A stretch of DNA of 64,000 nt from Phoronis australis (Eukaryota; Animalia; Phoronida), in the NCBI GenBank assembly GCA_002633005.1, contig NMRA01000052.1, positions 729,039-793,038 of the forward strand, read 5' to 3'. Under the pieces are notes generated by a model, which did no database searches, was not told where the DNA came from, and worked only from the letters and a program-made list of their open reading frames with translations. Of the stretch, positions 53,601 to 64,000 are shown one piece after another (position 1 is the first letter of the stretch; each line of letters opens with the position of its first letter). The translations under genes were made by a program, and so were the position numbers.

Positions 53601-53710
53601 GGTCGGATATTGTGGACCCTGATTTTGAGCACCAGTTTCATCCACTGAGTAAAAGGCCAGTCATTTAGTGATTGCCTGGTTCTCTAAATCAGGATCCATT
53701 ATATCCGACC
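53601..53710. repeat. 35-bp imperfect inverted repeat (hairpin) just downstream of the putative RPL21 TSS
   Basis: GGTCGGATATTGTGGACCCTGATTTTGAGCACCAG (53601-53635) versus reverse complement of 53676-53710, GGTCGGATATAATGGATCCTGATTTAGAGAACCAG. Confidence 0.8.
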
Positions 53711-54025
53711 AGTTAACGTTAACGAATCGATGGCATGTCACCCACGACGTTTCTTGTTTCTTGTCCACGCAAATGGCATGTGGTGCAACCAACCAGTCTG
53801 TAAGTAATATAGCTCAGGGTAAACACATGTGTAAACAGACCTGCAGGTCTCCAAATTGAGCACTGCCATATGTAATACGAGTGAGACTAGGTCCCTAGTT
53901 AGGACTGTTTTGTGCAACCAGGCACTGATTTCACATGAAAGGCTCTTAATGAAAGGTCATGTTTTTTGATATTCTGGGCAACCTATGTTGATGAAATCTT
54001 TGTATATTGCAGGTAAATACATACG

Positions 54026-55997
54026 ATGACCAACCCCACAGGTGTCAGGCGCGGTACGCGCTACATGTTCTCCCGTCAGTTCCGTCACAAGGGTGTCACC
54101 AAGTTGTCGCGTTACTTGAAGGTGTTCAAGAGAGGGGACATCGTTGACGTCAAGGTATTGGCTTGGACATGCCATACTTGTCATAATAAATCATTTGTTA
54201 CTTCTGTTAAAGTCTGGATCCGTAGGTTTGAAGTCCTGAAGCAGGATATTTGTCTTTATAACAGCAAGAAATCTGGTCTATTCAGTTTGCTTGTGTTTGG
54301 TGGCTGTGAGGAGAAAATTCTCACCTGGAAGCTCCAGGTGCCGTAAAGGACATCTTGAATTGTTTTAATAGCTGAATGATGCTACTGTGATTTAACCCCG
54401 TGATACGTGATGTACTGACAGTTTGGTCTTTTGACAGGGTGATGGTGCCATTCAGAAGGGCATGCCCCACAAGTGTTACCACGGCAGGACGGGAGTCGTG
54501 TACAATGTCACACAACACGCTGTCGGTGTCATCGTCAACAAGCGGGTCAAGGGACGCATCATACCCAAGCGTATCAACGTACGCATTGAACACGTGAAGC
54601 ACTCTAACTGCCGGCTCGACTTTCTGAAGCGTGTCGAAGAGAACGAAAACAAAAAGAAGGCAGCCAAGGACGCCGGTCAGACAGTGCACTGCAAGCGAAT
54701 TGTAAGTACCTCACCAAAACTTTAAAAGCTGCATTTGGCGCCCCCTTTAGCCAATTAAAAAACGAAAATCGAATCTGGGCTTTTACATCCGTAAAACTGG
54801 CAGTTTAAAGATGCTCCGTCTCATTAGGTTGTGAATATGCAAATGAAGTGCTAATTTACAAACAACCCTAAGTATATCGGTGTGCCAGAAACCATCCGAG
54901 AACCAGTTAGCATTACAATCTCACGAAAGTCTCGTTTTGCTAGACTATTTTTATGGAAATGAGTATGCTTATGTCATCGTTACCCTAATGAAACAAGGCA
55001 CAGTTTTTATTATTTGTTCATTTCATGATCAAATAACGATTGGAATTATCTTTGGTGTTCTATACGTTTCCACTTGTTTTTAAGTTCATCAGTTGTGTTG
55101 TTTTCTTGAAAACTGTAATTTATTTACAAATTGTTTCTTTTCCTGATTATACTTGTACACACAGTTCTCCAGGAAGTCACAAGGTGGCGCTTGCTACCAA
55201 TTTAAATATTCATGGTTTTAATGAGACATGGCATCTTTAATGTGTCTTACTGTGATGGGATTCTATTCCGGTTGCCAACTGGAGTCACAGGCCACGCGCC
55301 ATTTTCGAATTACAATTTTAGGGTTGGCTGACCCCAACAAGTCTGTAGCATTTCCACTTATCTTGAGTTATTGATGGGTTCGGTGTTCTAGTTGTTAATG
55401 GAAATAGGTCAACTTCTTTCGGACGTATCTGACCACTGCCTCATTGTGGCACTTCTTTTTTTTACGTTCGTCTCTGTAATGTTGGAGTTCCTGGAGGGGT
55501 TGTCATGAAATTTTGATAATATGTGACTGTAAGGCAGACCCCAAGGTTTTCCCATTTTTGGTCGGGTTCAACATATTCTGCATCACATAGCTACGTTATT
55601 ATGCTAATAAATAGCCATAGAAGCGTACCGTTTGCAGTGCTGTCAAGGGCACATTGCAGCACTTTAAGTTGCTCGTTGTTTCAATTAAAATTGCAATTTT
55701 GTCCTATTGTTGTTTTGAGTTGGGTTGCTGAAGCAGGGAACTTCGACAACGTGCAGTGCCGTTCATTCTTCAATCAACAAAATGTGCCCACGGTTTTCTG
55801 GTAACATGTTTTCTACCTCAAAACGTAGATGAGTGTATTTCGGGATGTGCATATTGTAATGTTAAGTCTTGTTATGTATTTCATTGTTTTTTTGTTTTGT
55901 TTTGTAGCCTGCCCAGCCACGTGGTGCTCACACTGTTCGCACCAGGTACAACAAGCCACAGTTCTTAACACCCATCCCTTATGAATTCATAGCCTAA
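54026..55997 (+). CDS. RPL21: 60S ribosomal protein L21 (eL21), 160 aa
   Basis: Exons 54026-54154, 54438-54701, 55908-55997. Translation [94 protein letters not shown]; AATAAA at 56020-56025. Confidence 0.98.
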
Positions 55998-56019
55998 TTC
56001 TGCTGTACAGTGAATTCTC

Positions 56020-56025
56020 AATAAA
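56020..56025 (+). terminator. RPL21 polyadenylation signal
   Basis: AATAAA 22 nt after the stop codon. Confidence 0.75.
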
Positions 56026-56661
56026 AAAATATAAAACACACATTCTTATATTTGTACTGAACATAATGTAACTTGAGAGAGGCTCGCTAATTCTGAGTAT
56101 TTGGAGTCTGGGGTACAGGGAGTCGGGGCAGAATTACTTGTCAATGTTGAGGATATACCTGTAATGCACATTTCAATGGGCAATTTTAGGATAACAAAAA
56201 AATACCTGCCCTGTGTGTTGGCTGGTTAACCCAAGTGTAAACTGTCCATTTCCAGTACTTCTATAGGCATGCACAATTTTGCTAAAACTGGTGTGCAATT
56301 TGTATGTATGCTGAAACAAGCACCCTCCTAGGATCACTACTACCATCACATGTGGGGCTGTGGGCAACCTCTGTGGGTACCTCTTTTTTTTCAAGGTCTT
56401 TCAAAACAAATACCATCACATGTAAGAGGAAAATTACATTCCTTTGTTTCCTGGAAATTACCGCCATTTAGATTAATGATGTTCCACTCCACTGAAAGTT
56501 ATGGTTCTCACAACTGCAAAGCAAATACGGCGGGCCGAGTGGCCACTGATCTGTATTCAGACTTGAGCCTTTGACTTCTAGAATGTTTGAGAATTGAGAT
56601 GACTCGACACATTGCTTTCTGGTGTTCACGTGTATACATCTGCAAAAATGGACTAAAAGCC

Positions 56662-56895
56662 CTGGGGCCCCTTCCAAGAAACTGACTTAAGTTCATTTTT
56701 TGCTGAAGTCTAAGATTTATCTCTATTTATAAACTTTGAATCTTCCACATCCGGCAAGTTAGTCAAAATCGAGACAAAAGAAAACGTAAGTCAAACTTAA
56801 GATGTCTTTCTTGAAACAGACTAAACAAATTGAGTTTAATCTTAAAATTGGTTAAAATTTAAGATTTGTCGCGGTTTTCTTGGAACGGATCGCAG
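56662..56895. mobile_element. PIF/Harbinger-like MITE
   Basis: Imperfect TIRs CTGGGGCCCCTTCCAAGAAA / TTTCTTGGAACGGATCGCAG with internal CTTAAG-type subrepeats. Superfamily assignment is inference. Confidence 0.5.
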
Positions 56896-59800
56896 ATTCA
56901 TAGATGAGTTTTGCTAAACATAATGAAATATGAATTGCAAGAATTGTTTCAGTGAACTGTGGTTGAAATTAGGTAAAATTGAGGTCATATTCTTCTGCCA
57001 GACAACAAATTCCATATATGATTTGGCAACTTGAAATATCCACTGTCGGATCTAGGATGCCGCTAGGGGGTAACCACAATTACGGTCCTTAGATGACGCT
57101 TAAAAAATCGGTGTTTTTTTGACCCAGGTTGACGAAATTCGGGTAAATCTATGTTTAACTTATATGCTCCCCTAAACAGCTAAGTTCAGATGTGTATTGC
57201 AGGAGTTCCAGTGAAAATTCTCAGTTTGGAACACTCAAAAAGTAACCATTTTGGTCAAGGTCAGAGCGTAGCCCTATCCTAAATGTTAGAAATAGTCAGT
57301 GCTCGCCGTCCCAAAGTCAACGGCAAACGATCAACCACCACGATGTTTCACATTATGGCGACGCATACAAGCGCTATTTTCGACGATTTTATGAACTGTG
57401 AACTCTATTTTCAGACTCTGCAAAACGCAGTAGTCGATATTTGAGTAAGTACCGCCTATATCCTAATCTTCAAGAAAATTTCGGCTTGAATTTAAGTGTG
57501 CCACTGGGCAAGTTTGAGAGAGAATTTCATCCGCATGAATTATGTTTTGAGTTAAAAAAGTAACGAAGCGGAAAAAAAATAACGAAGCGGAATTAAGATC
57601 TTTCCCGGATAGACAGTGTTAAAGATCGCCCGACAAGCCTTGCTACCATCAACTTTGACATCATTGATTAGTTACCGGAGACGAGGGCAGTTTTGAACAT
57701 TTCAGTCAAACCTCTTTTTCCAGTCCTATCGCGTTTTGTTTATTCTTGCCAATTTTTGTTAGTTTCTTCCGCGTTGATAAAATGAATTGTTATCCATAAC
57801 TGAGTCTTAATTGCCTCTGGGAATTGAGAATTCTGAAATAAGAAATTTTCTGTTGGGATGCATTTCTCGGTATAGCTGTCCCCTAGCGCCAAACACCCTC
57901 GTTGACCCCACTGATTATGAGCCACGTTGACATTGTTGTATCATTCGGCCTCCATAATAACATATTCCAAATATGTAAGGAGCCACATACCCCCATTGAA
58001 TGGACAGTTCCAACAAACGCAGTATATGGCCACGCCTATAGTGAGCAGTTACCGCCGTTACGAAATCCCAATGCACAAGCGCAAAGCCAAGGCGGACTGG
58101 AAGTCCCAAGTTTTAAGCGTACACACAGCTTTTCTACGATCTGTGTTTTTGGTCAAATTTCACCAAAAGTGCAATCGTACAGAAACCATTATCAAAATGG
58201 GTATTGGGGAAACAATAAACGAGCCGTTCGTACGAAAGCTGTATATTAACGATACCAAACCTTCTAGCCCATTGAGATTACCGTAACGCCAGCTCAAGAG
58301 TGCACCTGAGCATTCATTCACAGATGTCTCGATGATCGATTCAAACAATCATCGTGGGTCGGCAGTAATTGTTTCGCATTGTACTCTTATGTTCGTCTAC
58401 AAGATAATAGCTCCGGTAAGTTACTTCCGATGACATAAGAGATGATGGGGCAAACTATACTTTTCCGTGGCTTGAGTCTTGAGTTTGTCAAAGACTGAAG
58501 CCACATCTTAGTCCCGCTGCAATCCACACATGTTCCATGTTTAATTGTTAATTTACAAAAGATACTATCGAAAAATGAAAAATATTTGTGAAACGTTGTG
58601 ACGGTGAATTCATTTCACTTAAGTTTTGCTCAGATCGTCTGCTTTGGCATATATTCAGATGAAGTCTATTTGTGCATTTTTCTACGTTTGTTATCTGCAT
58701 TGCACGTGCCCTAAGCGTATCGTAAACCCGCCCAACGCTTTCGTTTGCTACCATTGTTTGTGGGACAAAGATATGGCGGACTATCTTTGTGTTTAGTAAG
58801 ATGACCGCGCCCGGGCTGGTTGAAACTGTTAGCTTGATTGACATTTTTACAATCATAGTCGGTTTTGTGTCGTAGCGATAAGTTTCATCCGTGTGTAGCC
58901 CAAGTAAAGCTACTGCTCACCAACAGCTGTGCAGCCGATAGGCTCAGAACTCAACTTTCTCAGTGCAGAGCATTTTTAGTTTAGCCATGTCTTTCGTTTC
59001 GCTGAACGTTTAGTCTGCTGCTCTTGTCAGTTGTGCATGGGAGTATGATCCTAGTGTGATTGTAGGAGTTCTGCATTGAGCCACATTAAATTATATTGTG
59101 TTTTTGAAAAAACAGAGATGTTTGCAAAAAGACCACAGAGATTGGTCTTCGGTAGGATATATATTACAGCCAACCTGGACACGCCGTTTGACGAAGAAAG
59201 TAAAGCAAATGGCAATGATAAGACAGATTCTTTCGCAAAAGCCTCAACAATCTTCCCACGCACGGTCAACTCCATTGCACGTTTATTAAAACAAACGGAA
59301 TACCATTACCGCAATGACCTTCACCTTCAGTTTATTAAATACGCGTGAATCTTAGTACCAAATAGAACACTGTCCCGTGGGTTCCCTGAGCTGCTCAATC
59401 TTTCATCAATAGCTGATATTTCTGGAAGACTCGTGTTTCGGCGACACTTTCGATCGGTTTCGCCAGTGAAGCTTTTACACCTAGCGTTTTCTTGATCCCT
59501 CCGTAAATATCCGGAATTCTGTACTATTATGCCTCGTTAGATGTAAAAACCATCACCACAGGTTAGCACTAAATTGTCTTGTCTTTGGAACACGCTTGTT
59601 CTTACAAGTGAACATGGCATCAGGACCTGCAGCTCACACAATGTTTATCTAAACCATTAAACAGTGTTATGCGAGTACAATCCTAAGACAATCATTGCAT
59701 TCAGCAAATCCTTAACAATAATCTGACATAGCAAGAAGGATATAAAATTGTCTACCTTCTGTTGTACAACTGACAAAATGGCGCCTGTGGTTTCGTGACA

Positions 59801-59935
59801 TTACACGGTAGGTCCCACAACATGTTGCACTTCTCTAAAGTTGGACCATACAGTAAAAGTACAATATACCAGCATCACAACTTTGATGTAGTTATTATAA
59901 GTTTGGAAAATATAACATTTTCTCTTACAGCCATA

Positions 59936-62900
59936 TTACTCTTTTACACTTTTCTTTTTAAAAGCCCCAAGAGCTTTCATTGGGTTCAACAGTTTCTTTT
60001 TGATGACATCAAATCGCTCGACCACGACGTCATTTCCGGCCTCTATGTCTAAGCTGTTGGGGTTGTCCACAAGTCTTCCTTTGATGAATCCTCTCATTAT
60101 GGCGTCAGCCACGAAATATTTGTCTCCCGTCACATTGTTGATATATGCTCCAGTATCTTTCTCAAGAATTCCCTGTTCTGCAGCTTCTCTAAAACTTATC
60201 TATTGGAAAGAAAACATTATTTATTTAACGAAGTTGTCCGCCATCGTGCCTGCAAAGATCGATGTTACAGCATTTCTGTCCATTGGAAGCTCAGCAACTC
60301 TCGCTTAGTGAAGGTATAATAACAGTATTTCAACCTCAAAGATACGTGCTAGAAAGACTATCAAATTAAATGAAGACCGCATAAGAACGTTTTGGTGTCT
60401 GGACTCAGAAACCAAGTTAACATGTTCCGATGAGTATATCACTGCGTGGAAAAACACCTGAGAAAAATGGCTTGTTTGATGGTTAAACATGACGCGTGTG
60501 CTGATAGGCCTATACTCCCACAATATGCAAATAATTATGGTGTCCAGGAGAATTTGCTTACCTTTGACTTTGCTTTTTGATCGACAACTGCATGAATAGC
60601 ATAAGTTTTTGACACTACTTCCGGTTCAGAAACAGGCACTTTGTTGTCATATTCGACTACAAGAAGTTCTGCCTCGATAGCGTCAGCAAGATCCATCTCT
60701 TGGCCTAAAAATATATGAACAATCAGAATTAAAGTGTTCCGGAAGATGTCACCTTAGTGTTAGTCGTCATTTGCAGCAATCGAATGTATATGCGACGTGC
60801 ACATTGCGTTCATTCAGTCACACCTAGAGACAAATTCAATGTAACCCACCTGTGACCGAACTTTTGTATGTCTGACTGGCTTCATGTATAATCCCTTGCT
60901 TTACCGCATCGACCAGAGACAACTGTTTTCCACTTTTGGCGTCAATGACGCCGAGAATAGTGTAGGGTCGTTGCTCCCGGGTGGTTTTAATGGTTATGAG
61001 ACCAACAGATTTTGTTACCTGAAACGTAAATTAAAACTTTTGCTATCAAAAATACTGAAAATGGAAATTTGACATGGTTTAGAGTTGTTACCTTTCTGCA
61101 ATCATACACTTAGTATAATAATAATATTAAAAGTCCGTGTGTAAACAATGAAGTTTCCCATGTCGCCAGTCGCAACTGGCGACGGAACTTCAAATTCTAG
61201 AAATTGGAAAGACCGAAGCTGCAATCTGTAAATCCAAGGAAATCACGAGAGAAGCTAGAGTGATCACATGCTTCGCTTGCAATGTATGGCGACACCTTGC
61301 GAAGACTTGCGGGATCGTACGTTTTCGCGAATTTCTTGGGTCTACGGAACGCGCGCAAGCCTAACAATGAAGGACGCACCTTTTCTGCAGTTCTCTTCGT
61401 TTGTGTGAAGCCAACTCTGATGAGACCCTGGTTTATTGCAAGTGGAATTGGAATCTCGTTCCCTGTTTTGGAGTCGACGTAATTCCCTGTCGTTTTGTTG
61501 ATGACTCCCAGCATTATGGCTGTTTGAAAGGCAATCTCCTCGCCGGTGTTCGGATCAACGACGCCCTCGATTGTAAAGTTCTGATTCTCTTCTGATTCGG
61601 TCTCCACCACCTCTTCAGTTTTTGTTTCTTCTCTCTGTATCGTGAGGAATTTCTACATATTATTTTCTGCTCTATTTAATGAAGGTGTTTTTCGATTACT
61701 AGTACCTGAGGAAAAGCAAATGAGTGATGGCATTAGGAACCCTTATCTAAGATTGGTTGATCTGTAGATGAAAGGCAACGCCGCCGACTGATGTAATATG
61801 GGAGACTTTTTGGACTAGTAAGGGGATATTCTAATACGACCACTTCAAGTAATGTTACATTTTACTAATCTTTCTAGACAGAGGAAACTGATATTTGTTC
61901 ATCCCAGAGTAGCGACTTATAAAAGATTATTCTTCTTTCACACCATAATGCGTGTTTCGTCTGCTGGAAGGAACAATTTCCCACAATCCATAGCACAAAC
62001 AACGTTTCCCTTTATCCCATAAAAGGCCGATATTTGGGTTTTTGTTAGAACTTACCTCTACCGTCAGATGAACATCCTCGATAGTGGACATGGGTGCAGA
62101 CGACAGGTCTACGGCGTCCAAAGCTTCCACTTCCTCTTCTACCCCGTCCTCCTCGTCTGCTACGCCGGCCATATTGATTTTGTTGACATTAATGTCCGTA
62201 TCCCAAAACCTAAAAAATATTGCGTACGACGAATAAACGAATGAACGAATCTTAGTATAAAAAATGAAATCCTGTACGGCATCGTACCAACTGCCTTCGG
62301 GAAAAGATGTATGCATTCAAAAGACATTTAACTATGTCTAGTTGGTAAATATCTTCGTCACCATCGGTCTATTTTGTCCAGACAGTTGGTGCTGATTTTG
62401 GACGCCGATTCGGTGGTGAGAGTAGCACATTTACCGTATTTCTCTTTATTTAAAACATTAGGTGACCTCATACGAAACCGATATTTCCTCTCTACTTCTG
62501 GAAAATAACTAGTTGTCGTGAAAGGTGAGTGTGCTTTATTTTGTTAATCAAACTCCCTAAATAACTTATTGCTTTATATACATTTCTCCGCATGAACACG
62601 TTTTCAGAACAATTCACTTACTTCAGATACTGCGTTGACGTTATATACTTTAATTGGTCAGCTCGGTCAACCATCAGCATGTACTGGGGATGTCGCATAG
62701 ACTCGGCAATCATCTTGTACGTCTCCCAGTACGTGTAAAAGTCCTGACGGAAAAACACAGATTGAAGTGAAACAGGGTTCAGTATCAACACCAGGGGAAG
62801 TACTTCACCGAGTGTGCAACGGTTGTGTATTAGTGCCGCTTTTCGTTGTACTAACGTTTGTTTCTTGTGTTTCAATAGCCAGTCAATAAGACGGTGCGTT

Positions 62901-63858
62901 TTGGTTCTCTTTGTAATTCATGACGTTTAAGTTACTGTTTGGAAATTGTTATGGTTTATAGTAATCCTCAGAATGAAAGAAGTGGTCGGTGGGTGAGCCT
63001 GAAACAGGACTACGCGAAATCAAATGATTTCCGAAAACTGCTCAGTCTGGTCCACGTGCTGGACGTTCTTACGGAGATGCCTACCATCTAGCCTATGGAC
63101 ATTTGACGCATCACATGAGAAAGGATTGAACGTGCGTTAATTATTTTCAAAATGTACTGCTTCTATCTCTACCTGGTATTTTCTCATCAGTTCTTCTAAT
63201 ATGCTCAACTGGATCACCACAGCTGCAAATGTATCTTCGCCGATTTTTCCTAAAACGAGAAAATGACTATTAATAGAGTACAAGCTATAGTGTTGATTTG
63301 CGGGTAGGTAGAAAATGGAGAAAAGACGTGACACAAATGTCTTATCTTTGACAGTTTAATAAACAAACCTGGCCCCCAAAGTCATTTTTCCTGAATTCAA
63401 TAGTATCAGGAAGAGATAACCAGGAAGGGACAACTAGCTAAACCGCCGTTTTTGGCCTCCTTCCCCGGTCTAATTTCAGGACTTAAGTTTCGTTTAAAAG
63501 GAAACAGATGATTTTATCAGAGAGATTAAAGCTTTTTCTATAGAAGGATATCAAAAAACTCACTTTGCAACCTTAAACAGTGGTGTAATTGTACTTTAAA
63601 AATATCGACTTCAGAGCACTCAATCGCAACTTCCCACACGCAGTCACGGGTATTTAAGCTTTTCCGTCGATGTATAGATGGCGCAGTAGTCAAGTACTCC
63701 CTCATTTGCATATCAAATTTGCATGTGGGAGTTCTGAGACTCTCGTCAGTTGTTGGTCGAGCGCTTGAGTGGATAAAGCGGTGACCTCCCACTGAGAGCA
63801 CGCGCTGATGAAGATACCACTCGATCGCTTCGCAATCAGGAGGTGAAAACACTCTCAT
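59936..63858 (-). CDS. Uncharacterised protein (~498 aa): unrecognised N-terminal domain, acidic linker, three plectin/plakin-repeat-like units
   Basis: Phase-consistent exons 63564-63858, 63173-63249, 62622-62743, 62056-62209, 61380-61652, 60850-61018, 60562-60704, 59936-60199. The C-terminal half repeats a unit three times: TIEGVVDPNTGEEIAFQTAIMLGVI..TGNYVDSKTGNEIPIPLAINQGLI / TILGVIDAKSGKQLSLVDAVKQGII..VTGQEMDLADAIEAELL / AIHAVVDQKAKSKISFREAAEQGIL..TGAYINNVTGDKYFVADAIMRGFI. Repeat exons are solid; the start codon and the 61652 acceptor are less certain. Confidence 0.75.
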
Positions 63859-64000
63859 GACCGCAGTTCTGAATTCCAGCTAAGCAAGCCCTATTTCGAG
63901 GAGCGGACTTTGAATTGTTTTCGTCCCCTGACAGTGGATTGCAGAGATTAGAATGAGGTCAACATCAAACTTTCTGCGGCTACATGTCGTGTTGACAAAA

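Noticed and set aside
53313-53645. 110-aa minus ORF across the USP/RPL21 promoter
   Set aside because: Spans the TOP initiator and hairpin with no homology signal; only its last 11 codons are considered as a uORF.
54370-54423. C/D snoRNA-like ends AGCTG-A-ATGATGC..CTGA-CAGTT in RPL21 intron
   Set aside because: Only 54 nt, imperfect C box, and the CTGA lies within the probable branch point TACTGAC under 20 nt from the acceptor.

Overview
Intron-rich, AT-rich eukaryotic (invertebrate bilaterian-like) genomic DNA with five spliced genes whose exons I reconstructed by hand from GT-AG sites and frame. (1) The 5' half of the H3K27 demethylase KDM6A/UTX (minus, TPR region, runs off the left edge, with a ~20 kb intron). 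(2) FUNDC1 (plus), head-to-head with UTX. (3) A USP12/USP46 deubiquitinase (minus). (4) RPL21/eL21 (plus), head-to-head with the USP gene. (5) An uncharacterised minus-strand gene with an unrecognised N-terminal domain joined to three plectin/plakin-like repeat units. Introns carry MITEs, tRNA-derived SINEs, an RTE LINE remnant, a small TPRT insertion and Penelope-like remnants with U3-A8 variant hammerhead ribozyme motifs. Most interesting: the plakin-repeat gene with a 53-nt acceptor switch, the Penelope hammerheads, tRNA-like inverted units around the UTX/FUNDC1 promoter, two divergent gene pairs also seen in human, a non-aromatic FUNDC1 LIR and an MGxxxS N-terminus on USP12/46. An 0.83-kb duplication around an N at 18033 is probably an assembly artefact. 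Comparisons to human genes are from memory and need checking.
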